A stretch of DNA of 26,834 nt. Origin: a virus. Taxonomy: Duplodnaviria; Caudoviricetes. The notes under the pieces are model-generated. The model saw only the letters and a program-made list of their open reading frames with translations. It searched no databases and was not told the origin of the DNA. Positions 17,204 through 24,847 of this stretch are shown piece after piece (position 1 is the stretch's first letter; each line of letters begins with the position of its first letter). The stretch is from positions 1 through 26,834 of the IMG/VR virus record IMGVR_UViG_3300006123_000048; one strand, written 5' to 3'. A program made the position numbers and the translations under genes.

Positions 17204-18304
17204 TTACTTACCGCCTGCAGCAATAATATACTTGCCGTAGCGTTTATGAAACTCATCAAAGTTCTTGAGCTTGCCTGGTACCAAGGGCAAGTTGTATGTG
17301 GTAAGAGCAACTCTAGCACCCATAACAACCAACTCAGTGGTAAAGTTATCCATCATAAAGCGGAAGAACTGATCGGCCATGCTATGCCACTCGCCAATCT
17401 TGTCTTTGCCTAGTTTGGCATAAGCGTCCTGCAATTCGTAGCACATGGATACGGTCAGGGAGTACATGGCCGATACTTCTTTGACCTTGAGCTCTTTTAC
17501 CTTGCCTGCCAGGATATCGCTTGGGTTAGGCATCTGTCCAGCAACCTTGCGGTGTGCCATGAATTTTACAGCAAGACCATCACCTACAGTACCAGCAATC
17601 AAGTCTGCCAATTCTGCATCTGTAGCATCCTCGTCGCCTAAGAATTCGCTTACGAAACTCCATGAACGTGGAGTAGCAAAAGCACGTGAGCTCGAACGTG
17701 GGTTAAAGTCCATCAAGTCCTGTTTGGCAAAACCAATGTAACCTACCACGTCCTTGTGAACACGATTCTTAACTGCCCACTCGTTCCATGAATCGTAATC
17801 AGCACGTACTTCTAAATGCACGAAACGATTGGCTAGCGGCATGGGCATACGGAATGAGACACCCTTGTCTGATTCTCTGTTACCTGCGGCAACAATCACC
17901 ACATTGTCTGGCAAGTGATATTTGCCTAGACGACGGTTCAAGATCAACTGATAAGCCGCGGCCTGTACAGCCGGAGCCGCCACGTTCATTTCATCTAGGA
18001 ACAGGGTTACTACCGGATATTCTGCCGCCATTTCTTCTGTTGGCAAGTCCACTGGCTCAGCCCAGTCCATCTTGCCATTGTCTTTGTTATAAAACGGAAT
18101 ACCACGCAAATCAGTCGGCTCCATCTGACCCAGACGAAGGTCAATGCAGTATCCACCCAGTTCTTCGGCCAAATCAGCTACCAACTCTGACTTGCCTACA
18201 CCAGGAGGGCCCCACAGAAATACGGGACGTTTTACTTTGAAAGCACGAAGCAAGCGACTGCGAGCTTCTGCTGGTGTTACGGTACGATTTTCACTAATAC
18301 TCAT
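17204..18304 (-). CDS. MoxR-type AAA+ ATPase
   Basis: Walker A GPPGVGKS, DLRGIP, Walker B LFLDE, AAGN, PLANRF, TPRSW; AGGAG RBS before ATG 18304. Confidence 0.92.
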   Translation of the reverse strand: MSISENRTVTPAEARSRLLRAFKVKRPVFLWGPPGVGKSELVADLAEELGGYCIDLRLGQMEPTDLRGIPFYNKDNGKMDWAEPVDLPTEEMAAEYPVVTLFLDEMNVAAPAVQAAAYQLILNRRLGKYHLPDNVVIVAAGNRESDKGVSFRMPMPLANRFVHLEVRADYDSWNEWAVKNRVHKDVVGYIGFAKQDLMDFNPRSSSRAFATPRSWSFVSEFLGDEDATDAELADLIAGTVGDGLAVKFMAHRKVAGQMPNPSDILAGKVKELKVKEVSAMYSLTVSMCYELQDAYAKLGKDKIGEWHSMADQFFRFMMDNFTTELVVMGARVALTTYNLPLVPGKLKNFDEFHKRYGKYIIAAGGK

Positions 18305-18338
18305 CACAGGCTCCTAAAAAATTAACTACTGAAACTAC

Positions 18339-18383
18339 ATTATACATTAAATACATTTATGTGTCTGTTGTATTTTAGCGACT
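18339..18383 (-). promoter_or_regulatory. Promoter (CAGACA-17-TATAAT) with an overlapping palindromic box
   Basis: -10 at 18339-18344, -35 at 18362-18367, box tgttgtattttagcgact at 18366-18383. Confidence 0.7.
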
Positions 18384-18653
18384 CAGGTTAATAACACGAC
18401 CTTGGTATTCCATAAAGCTGACCTTCCATGGAACAAATACAATTTCACCAACACGGTTACCTGTATTTTTGTAACCAACTTCCTTAAACTCTTTGCCGTC
18501 AAACACGTCACGAACCACACGAATCTTGTAGGCCTGATAACCATGGCTGGTATCACAACGATCCAGCACCTTACCTTCAACAAAGCAATCAGTACGACCC
18601 AACATTGGCTTAAAATCATACGCACGAATATAATCGTTTACTTGAACTTCCAT
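18375..18653 (-). CDS. Small hypothetical phage protein (92 aa)
   Basis: AAGGAG RBS before ATG 18653 (MEVQVNDY); has its own promoter. Confidence 0.8.
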   Translation of the reverse strand: MEVQVNDYIRAYDFKPMLGRTDCFVEGKVLDRCDTSHGYQAYKIRVVRDVFDGKEFKEVGYKNTGNRVGEIVFVPWKVSFMEYQGRVINLSR

Positions 18654-18683
18654 CGTCTGCTCCTTGTTATTCACTATACAAAC

Positions 18684-18712
18684 ATTATAGCATTTTGGCC
18701 TTTTTGGTACAA
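18684..18712 (-). promoter_or_regulatory. Sigma70-type promoter TTGTAC-17-TATAAT with extended -10
   Basis: Direct motif match with 17-nt spacing. Confidence 0.75.
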
Positions 18713-18728
18713 CCAGAATTTTGAGAAC

Positions 18729-18755
18729 AAAAAACCCCCTAAAAACGGGGGTTTT
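18729..18755 (-). terminator. Rho-independent terminator downstream of ahpD
   Basis: Minus strand reads AAAACCCCC-gttttta-GGGGG-TTTTTT; possibly bidirectional. Confidence 0.85.
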
Positions 18756-18758
18756 GAG

Positions 18759-18776
18759 TGTGGCGTTTTTACAACA
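18759..18776. promoter_or_regulatory. Third copy of the palindromic box (tgtggcgtttttacaaca)
   Basis: 16 of 17 positions identical to the box at 16562-16578. Confidence 0.65.
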
Positions 18777-18778
18777 GA

Positions 18779-19285
18779 TTAGCTGTTAAGTACCTTGGCC
18801 ACGGAATTCATTACTGCAGCAATACGACCGATATCACGTAAATTTTCCACGGTATAGCCTTCGGCCTTGAGTGTTTCGTAGTGTGCTTTCACACAGAAGT
18901 GACACTTGCCAACAATTGAAGCGGCCAGGCTAAATGCTTCAAAATTTGACTTGGTAGTACCACCATGACTAGCAATGGCATTCATACGCAACTGTGCTGG
19001 CAAGCCTTTTAGTTGAGCATCGTCGGCCATTTCCACATAGGGATACCAGACATTGTTCTGTGCCATGATTGAAGCGGCTGTCATTGCCGATTCGGCCAGT
19101 GCTGGTTCGTCAGCCAAGATCAAACTGACTAACTTGCCGTTACCGGTAGCGGCCAGTGCGGCTACAGCACAACCCATAGCCACATCAGGATCTAATGTAC
19201 TACGCAAAAGTACCGCATCTAAATTTAGTTTGGTGTCCTTTGCGTAGTCCGGCAACGCTTCTTTGATAGCGTCGTTGAATGCCAT
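18779..19285 (-). CDS. ahpD: Alkyl hydroperoxide reductase AhpD
   Basis: LPDYAKDTKLNL, MAQNNVWY, LRMN, FEAFSLAASIVGKCHFCVKAH (CxxC plus His). Confidence 0.93.
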   Translation of the reverse strand: MAFNDAIKEALPDYAKDTKLNLDAVLLRSTLDPDVAMGCAVAALAATGNGKLVSLILADEPALAESAMTAASIMAQNNVWYPYVEMADDAQLKGLPAQLRMNAIASHGGTTKSNFEAFSLAASIVGKCHFCVKAHYETLKAEGYTVENLRDIGRIAAVMNSVAKVLNS

Positions 19286-19824
19286 TATAGTGTATCTCCA
19301 CCAACTGTACGGTTACATGCACATAGCTCGCCAGTTTGCAATGCGTCAAGAATACGCAATGTTTCTTCTGGGCTACGACCAACATCCAAGTTGTTGACAG
19401 TAACGTGTTGGATAGTGTTGTCTGGATCAACAATAAATGTGGCACGAAGTGCGGCACCTGCTGGAGCATAAAATATGCCCAACTGTTCTGCTAGGCTCAA
19501 CTCACCACGCTGTGTGTCTGCGAACTGGTTGTGCTTGATATTAATCAAGTCCGGATGTGATTTTTGCCATGCTACTTTACAGAATTCGTTGTCTGTTGAA
19601 CCTGTCAACAATACTGCATCGCGATCTTCAAAGTCGCCATTTAGTTTATCGTAGGCCACGATTTCTGTTGGGCATACAAATGTAAAATCTTTTGGATAGA
19701 ATACAATCACTTTCCATTTGCCAGCAAAACTGGTTTCGTCAATTGTGAAAAAAGCATCTTCTGGTTGGCCTGGCTTAACGCCTGTTACCGCAAAGTGTTC
19801 TAATTTATTACCGATTGTTTTCAT
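19285..19824 (-). CDS. ahpC: Peroxiredoxin AhpC
   Basis: FYPKDFTFVCPTE (peroxidatic Cys), RATFIVDP, GRSPEETLR, GELCAC. Confidence 0.96.
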   Translation of the reverse strand: MKTIGNKLEHFAVTGVKPGQPEDAFFTIDETSFAGKWKVIVFYPKDFTFVCPTEIVAYDKLNGDFEDRDAVLLTGSTDNEFCKVAWQKSHPDLINIKHNQFADTQRGELSLAEQLGIFYAPAGAALRATFIVDPDNTIQHVTVNNLDVGRSPEETLRILDALQTGELCACNRTVGGDTL

Positions 19825-19858
19825 TTTGATTTCCTTTAAGTTAGAATAGTATTGCCTA

Positions 19859-19887
19859 ATTGTACACGTATCTTATGTATTTGTCTA
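19859..19887 (-). promoter_or_regulatory. Sigma70-type promoter for ahpC-ahpD, TAGACA-17-TACAAT
   Basis: Each hexamer matches consensus at 5 of 6 positions; 17-nt spacer; 35 nt upstream of the ATG. Confidence 0.7.
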
Positions 19888-20547
19888 TGTTTTTGGCAGA
19901 ATCTGTTGCTGTTTGAATTTTTGCGTTCTCACAGCATCCAGCGGAGGATTACAAATTGGAATTTTTTGATACTTATCAAAATATGCGGAGAGCAATTCTA
20001 GTTCGGTTGTTTTACAGTAACTAGGGTGCATGGGCAGATAGGCTTGATACACATGATCAATCCGATCTCGGCCAAAATTTTCCTTGAATGCAGTACCACA
20101 ACCATACGGACTTAGTCTTTCGTTGCGTACAGTACCTTTAAAGTCAGTTCGACGACCCAACATGCTGTGTCGACTGGTAGCACGTGATTCACCGATGTAG
20201 AATACCGCAGGATCTAAAAAATCTGCAGGGCCGGTCGGCGCAGGACCTTCAAACAAGCCATACACATAACAACCTGGATGAGCTTTATCAAATCCCCACT
20301 CGTTATTCCAGGGTTCATCAATTTGATGCCACCCAGTAAAATCTGTAAGTGCCGGGCGAGTCAAGGTAACCGTCTGAGTAGTAAATGCGGCCTTTCCGCT
20401 GATCTCGGCGCACTTGTATAGGCTATAGGCCAGCTGGTCAATGTTGTTGCAATCTTTGAATATATTGTACAGTTGATCTTCTGTTAGGCCGTGATTGCCA
20501 GATCCTGATCTGATATTTTGTGCAAGAATCCTGGCCAGAGCGTTCAT
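19885..20547 (-). CDS. GIY-YIG-like nuclease with an N-terminal helical extension
   Basis: PGCYVY...FYIGES...GRR...ELELL...PICN supplies the G-Y, YIG, R, E and N elements. Confidence 0.7.
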   Translation of the reverse strand: MNALARILAQNIRSGSGNHGLTEDQLYNIFKDCNNIDQLAYSLYKCAEISGKAAFTTQTVTLTRPALTDFTGWHQIDEPWNNEWGFDKAHPGCYVYGLFEGPAPTGPADFLDPAVFYIGESRATSRHSMLGRRTDFKGTVRNERLSPYGCGTAFKENFGRDRIDHVYQAYLPMHPSYCKTTELELLSAYFDKYQKIPICNPPLDAVRTQKFKQQQILPKT

Positions 20548-21599
20548 GATTTTTTACCAATGTATTCATGACTATAGCATACACGATACGCATCACGAAC
20601 GGTAGTTGTGCCGCCATAGCCCTTCATCTCACGTGCGGTGCCGTCTTTGTTCAAGTAACTGCCCACACGGCTCTTACGATTCATTGAGGTAGGACGCCAT
20701 AAGGGTGACTTTTCTCTGTGTTCACCAAATGACGGATGTGCAGTTTTAGAGAAGTAACGTAAACCACGACTCACATAAATCTCAGCAATGGCATCCGAAA
20801 AGGCAGTACCTATGCCCATGCCCTGAAACTCGGGCAGGACCACAGTACGATGGCCACGCCAGTACGAGTGAATATCACGATTGGTTGAATGTATGGCGGC
20901 ATGGAAGCCGATGGGTTTGTCGCCGAGCAGTAAAACATAGTAGTGAGCTGACTTACTGATTGCAGTATCTAAATAGTGATACTTACTGAAATATCTCCAA
21001 TAGTCGACACTTGTGCTTTTGATGGTGAGTGCAAGTTCTGGTCTGGTCCCCAGTCGAAAGGGTGACCTCCGGTTTTCTAAGACACAGAGATCTGTGTCAT
21101 ATACGTAGTCTGGATCTAACCAGTCTACTATGTCTCGATGGCATGACGCAATATACAGGGGCTCAGTGGTGCCACGTTGATCATAAAACTTACGAATACT
21201 TAATGCTAGACTCTTAGCAGTATCGCGATCAACTACTGATGTAAACTCGTCTACTGTCGTTAAACCTTGATCTAAACTTAGAGCCATCTCAAATCTGTGA
21301 TACTCGCCATTACTTAATGTATTAGGTGGTCTAAACCAAGTTGGAATAGAGCGCAAACCGCAAGCTAATAATAATTCTTCGCCACGCTCGGGGGTAGTAA
21401 AGTTATCAATAGTATTACGAGTATTATCTACAGTAGGTTGACGGAGCTCGCCTAAGCTACGCAAGATAGTGCTTTTACCTGATCCGCTTGTACCTACAAT
21501 TAGCACAATGCCATCTTTGGGTAATTCGGGAATAGTAACAGCCGTTTCTTTATAGTCTGTAATATCGTACTTCTTTTTAATTTCTTCTAAGTAGGTCAT
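20544..21599 (-). CDS. ABC-type ATPase fused to a GNAT acetyltransferase (Mom-like)
   Basis: Start MTYLEE at 21599. Walker A GTSGSGKS, signature LSNGE, Walker B/D-loop VDEFTSVVD, H-loop SCH; then YHYL and the acetyl-CoA motif VVLPEFQGMGIG. Confidence 0.88.
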   Translation of the reverse strand: MTYLEEIKKKYDITDYKETAVTIPELPKDGIVLIVGTSGSGKSTILRSLGELRQPTVDNTRNTIDNFTTPERGEELLLACGLRSIPTWFRPPNTLSNGEYHRFEMALSLDQGLTTVDEFTSVVDRDTAKSLALSIRKFYDQRGTTEPLYIASCHRDIVDWLDPDYVYDTDLCVLENRRSPFRLGTRPELALTIKSTSVDYWRYFSKYHYLDTAISKSAHYYVLLLGDKPIGFHAAIHSTNRDIHSYWRGHRTVVLPEFQGMGIGTAFSDAIAEIYVSRGLRYFSKTAHPSFGEHREKSPLWRPTSMNRKSRVGSYLNKDGTAREMKGYGGTTTVRDAYRVCYSHEYIGKKS

Positions 21600-21603
21600 A
21601 TAA

Positions 21604-22176
21604 CTACACTTCAATATTAAATAGAGAGTTAAACTGAGAATCTTCAACATAAGAAAAATCTTTTGCATGAGATTCAGTTTTAATATTGCCAACAGGCATT
21701 TTACCATTATTCCTTGCTTGGTAGTTTTCAATTAAATAGTTTTCTATTTTTTCAAGAAACTTTTTAAATAATTGTTCCGTCGGGAAATTAAAATTAGTAA
21801 AATCCCAAACCATAATACCAATATTGTCTTTATGTACAATGCGCCCGGTTTGTTGCACATATTGATCGGCAATGTCTTTCATTTCTTTACCATTGGGTCC
21901 TTGTAATGAGTGTACTCCCCATCCTGGTAAATTACCTGCTTGCCGATAAATGCGTGAGCCCCATGTGCCTCTTTGCCATTCATAATCGGCACCCTGTCCG
22001 TACTTTAGAATATCTGCAACCAATTGATCCACGTCGTGGTATACATGAGAAAACGCATATATCATACGTGTCATGCCTAGTGCTTTTACTGCGTGGCTTA
22101 ATTCAATCGGTGAATTATAGTTTTTAAGATAAAAAATATGTCTTGGTACTTGTGATAAAACTTGTTTAAGGTCCAT
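21604..22176 (-). CDS. Divergent GIY-YIG-like protein
   Basis: Start MDLKQ with GAGG RBS; MIYAF...ILKYG...RIYRQ...IENYLI...PVGN. Confidence 0.55.
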   Translation of the reverse strand: MDLKQVLSQVPRHIFYLKNYNSPIELSHAVKALGMTRMIYAFSHVYHDVDQLVADILKYGQGADYEWQRGTWGSRIYRQAGNLPGWGVHSLQGPNGKEMKDIADQYVQQTGRIVHKDNIGIMVWDFTNFNFPTEQLFKKFLEKIENYLIENYQARNNGKMPVGNIKTESHAKDFSYVEDSQFNSLFNIEV

Positions 22177-22177
22177 T

Positions 22178-22534
22178 TTAAAGTTCCTCTGGGTCAACAG
22201 CTACTACGCCATCGACCCCTTTAGTTAGTGTAAGTTCAACCCAGTCGTATAATTGATCATATGGTACTTCCTCGGTGATCCATTCATACTTAAAATTATC
22301 TGTACCAACAAATCTAAAACCTTCGCTATGATCTTTAATCTGACTTTCTAATTCTCGGATTAAACGCTCAGGACCGGCCCATAAGGCACTAAACTTAACC
22401 TTGTGCCCTACGTGCCCTTCATATCCTTGAATCCTGCGTTTAGGGTTACTGGTAATCCCAAAGCAGGTGCGTTCTACGATAGCATCTGTTTCTGGGTCTA
22501 CAAACCGATGACGCCAAAGATATAAGTAGTACAT
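22178..22534 (-). CDS. GIY-YIG nuclease, T5orf172/MUG113-like
   Basis: YLYL...CFGITSNPKRRIQGY...ELESQIK...YEWI. Confidence 0.65.
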   Translation of the reverse strand: MYYLYLWRHRFVDPETDAIVERTCFGITSNPKRRIQGYEGHVGHKVKFSALWAGPERLIRELESQIKDHSEGFRFVGTDNFKYEWITEEVPYDQLYDWVELTLTKGVDGVVAVDPEEL

Positions 22535-22535
22535 A

Positions 22536-23723
22536 TTAAATACCTGAGTAAGTGGTCATACCATGTACTTGTGGTAATGCTAATTTACCACCCCAGTTAA
22601 TATAATCCATAACCAAGATAGGTGTCAAGCAGTTGTCCGACCACGACTTAGCAAGATTGTTGGCTTGTTGGAACTTGTCTAACCGATCCTTGCAATCCTT
22701 GTGGAATCCTTTTGGTGAACCATACTTGGCACGGAACAGTTTATACAAATCTGCTTCAACAGCGGAATCAAGTTTAATGTTAGCTTCACGAGCCTGCTGT
22801 GCTAAACGACCAAATGCCAGAATAAAACCACCGTCAACACCTTTTTCGTTTGGATAGTACCGGTCGTGCCATTGTAGTGCCCAGTCTAGATCGTTCTTAG
22901 TGACATTAAAGTTCTTGGGTTCAGTATCGTGCCCGGCAATTAAGTTAAGACCGTGTATGTATGTAATCATGCCTGGTGTAGCTTGATTACGGGCCGCAGC
23001 ACTGGTTTTAGCTGGAAACATGTTATTGTTTTCAACAATGGTTTGTATTTCTTCACTTTGTACATCTTCACGGAACTGTGATCCGTATAAACGAACTCCA
23101 GTAACACGACTACGATGCAAGTGATAAGCATCGATTGCTTTACGACCGCCACCGTTGATAACACGGAAGCCCATGTTTGCAACTGCTTCGCCTTGTAGTG
23201 TGGTTCCTGGCACTACTAGGTTTTCATCAAATGCTTTAACTTGTATGAGTGTATCACTGTCAATGATGCCGGCCTTTTGTAGTACATAAAATGTTAGTGT
23301 AGTTTGTTGACCTTCCCAGGCAGAGTAGCGACCATTTTTAAGTCGGGTACACATGACTGGCATAGTAAGACGTGGGTCAAAACGATCAATGATATCTTCT
23401 GCAATATGTACAGGATCTTCGTCGCGTTGGATATCAATGTTAATATCCATATCACCCCATCGTGCCCAAACCAATTCACCAAAGTGTTGTTGGTTGTAAC
23501 GACGCCCATTCATACGTGCTTTAAGATCTTTGATTGCCTGTTGCACTCGCGGATGTTGATCTACACGATCGCCACGTACTTGCACTGGCTCGTAGACTGT
23601 AGAATTAGTTTGTGGAGTGACAGCTTGATTTTGCTGTTTAACGATCGCGGCAAATGGATTTGCGCCTCGATTGACTGTACGTGTGGTTGTAGGTACAGGT
23701 GCTACTGTTGTTGCTGTTGGCAT
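22536..23723 (-). CDS. ParB/Srx-fold protein of the DUF262/DndB (DGQxR)-like type with a helical C-terminal region
   Basis: AGGAGG RBS before ATG 23723 (MPTATT); motifs DIQR, FDP, WEGQQT and FRVINGGGRKAI in the expected order. Confidence 0.65.
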   Translation of the reverse strand: MPTATTVAPVPTTTRTVNRGANPFAAIVKQQNQAVTPQTNSTVYEPVQVRGDRVDQHPRVQQAIKDLKARMNGRRYNQQHFGELVWARWGDMDINIDIQRDEDPVHIAEDIIDRFDPRLTMPVMCTRLKNGRYSAWEGQQTTLTFYVLQKAGIIDSDTLIQVKAFDENLVVPGTTLQGEAVANMGFRVINGGGRKAIDAYHLHRSRVTGVRLYGSQFREDVQSEEIQTIVENNNMFPAKTSAAARNQATPGMITYIHGLNLIAGHDTEPKNFNVTKNDLDWALQWHDRYYPNEKGVDGGFILAFGRLAQQAREANIKLDSAVEADLYKLFRAKYGSPKGFHKDCKDRLDKFQQANNLAKSWSDNCLTPILVMDYINWGGKLALPQVHGMTTYSGI

Positions 23724-23834
23724 AAAGCCTCCTATTAAATTAAAAATGATTACCTTGCGGTACTTAATTCCCACTACACGGTGGGCTATTTACTACAGTT
23801 ACTACTTTTTACTACAAAATGACTAGTTTGTCAA
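23724..23834 (-). promoter_or_regulatory. Structured leader and promoter region of the ParB-like operon
   Basis: TTGACA at 23829-23834 with a weak -10; GTAGTA three times; GTAGTAAATA; hairpins CCCAC..GTGGG (23770-23785) and TACC-GCAA-GGTA (23751-23762). Confidence 0.5.
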
Positions 23835-23839
23835 TCTTT

Positions 23840-24385
23840 TTATATATTTTTGAAAAAATTAAAATGATTTTCCAATGTCCATTTATCACAATCAATGGTT
23901 TGTCCATTATAAGTTTGAAATTTTACATTATTAAATATATCATAACGCTTAAAGAAATTCCAATAATCTGGGCTAGAACTTACTCGTTTATTTTCTCGCA
24001 ATAATTGATCGTTTGCTTTACTAATAAAACAAGTAGGAGTATTGAGAGCCTGCTCAGCAGTAAGAACACCTTGTATAAACATATCGCGAACTTTGGCCGC
24101 TGGTATAACGTGTTCAAAAATACAGTTTTTTAAATCTACACCTACTTCGGTATAGTGGGCACCAATGCCGCCTTCGATTACATAATTATGGTAACGTCGA
24201 ATCCAGTGGTCCATACTGTCACGCAATAAACGAGCAGTCTGCGGAGTATGTTTTCCTTTGTATAGATTGGCAAGACGGTTGAGTTCTGCTACAGCAATAA
24301 CCAAACTCTCGGCATGAGTTTCTGCACTTCTTGTGACTTTAGTATATTTGGCCTTACTAAATTTTTCTAGCGATTGTTTTAACAT
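23840..24385 (-). CDS. HNH/His-Me-finger-like endonuclease
   Basis: IFEHVIP...NTPTCFISKANDQLL...FFKRY resembles the EHxxP-type beta-beta-alpha-Me motif. Confidence 0.55.
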   Translation of the reverse strand: MLKQSLEKFSKAKYTKVTRSAETHAESLVIAVAELNRLANLYKGKHTPQTARLLRDSMDHWIRRYHNYVIEGGIGAHYTEVGVDLKNCIFEHVIPAAKVRDMFIQGVLTAEQALNTPTCFISKANDQLLRENKRVSSSPDYWNFFKRYDIFNNVKFQTYNGQTIDCDKWTLENHFNFFKNI

Positions 24386-24414
24386 CTTGAACCCTAATTT
24401 GTTACAATACTTAT

Positions 24415-24443
24415 ATTATAACAAAAATGGGCAAATCTGTCAA
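24415..24443 (-). promoter_or_regulatory. Perfect consensus sigma70 promoter TTGACA-17-TATAAT with extended -10 TG
   Basis: Minus strand reads TTGACAgatttgcccatttttgtTATAAT, 30 nt upstream of ATG 24385. Confidence 0.9.
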
Positions 24444-24460
24444 CCGCAGGTTAGTAAGCA

Positions 24461-24847
24461 CTAACCTACTGATTCTATGCTGTCTAAATAGGCTTTTAAA
24501 TTGCCGGAATGTAAGGTAAGCATCATGGCTTCGGATTCTTCAAAGACAATTATTTTTTGGCGTTTAAGCAAGTAGTACATGCTCTTAAACTGTCGTTCTA
24601 ATTGTAGTAAGTTATGATTGGTTAATTCTTCGGGTAATTCAAAATCGTAACTTTGCAGTTTAAGGTTTGCTTTAACAAACTGTAGACCAGCTAGACTTAA
24701 TCTTAGGCTATTATCGTCTGTGGGATTCTTCCACCAGCGACGTTGCATGTCAGTAGTAACACCAATAGGTAGGTCGGCCTGTTCAACAAAAATTTTTGTC
24801 AGCTGACGTTGAGTGTACCGCTTAGGGGAAGATTTTGTCGCCGGCAC
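24461..24847 (-). CDS. Hypothetical phage protein (start uncertain: GTG 24847 or TTG 24859)
   Basis: WWKNP...SLRLSLAG motif; packed operon. Confidence 0.75.
   Translation of the reverse strand: MPATKSSPKRYTQRQLTKIFVEQADLPIGVTTDMQRRWWKNPTDDNSLRLSLAGLQFVKANLKLQSYDFELPEELTNHNLLQLERQFKSMYYLLKRQKIIVFEESEAMMLTLHSGNLKAYLDSIESVG

Noticed and set aside
20544-21599. Interpretation as an ABC transporter subunit
   Set aside because: There is no permease or binding-protein gene nearby, and the ATPase is fused to a GNAT domain.
20544-21599. Apparent GC shift between the ABC and GNAT halves (possible mosaic gene)
   Set aside because: Hand counts of 60-nt lines were inconsistent within the GNAT half (34/60 at 20581 but 20/60 at 20941), so it cannot be separated from noise without a sliding-window analysis.
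21600-21731. N-terminal extension of the ABC-GNAT ORF, and similar extensions at 2874, 3523, 8428, 11614 and 23774
   Set aside because: These are longest-ORF artefacts. Downstream ATGs give better RBS or coupling and family-typical N-termini.
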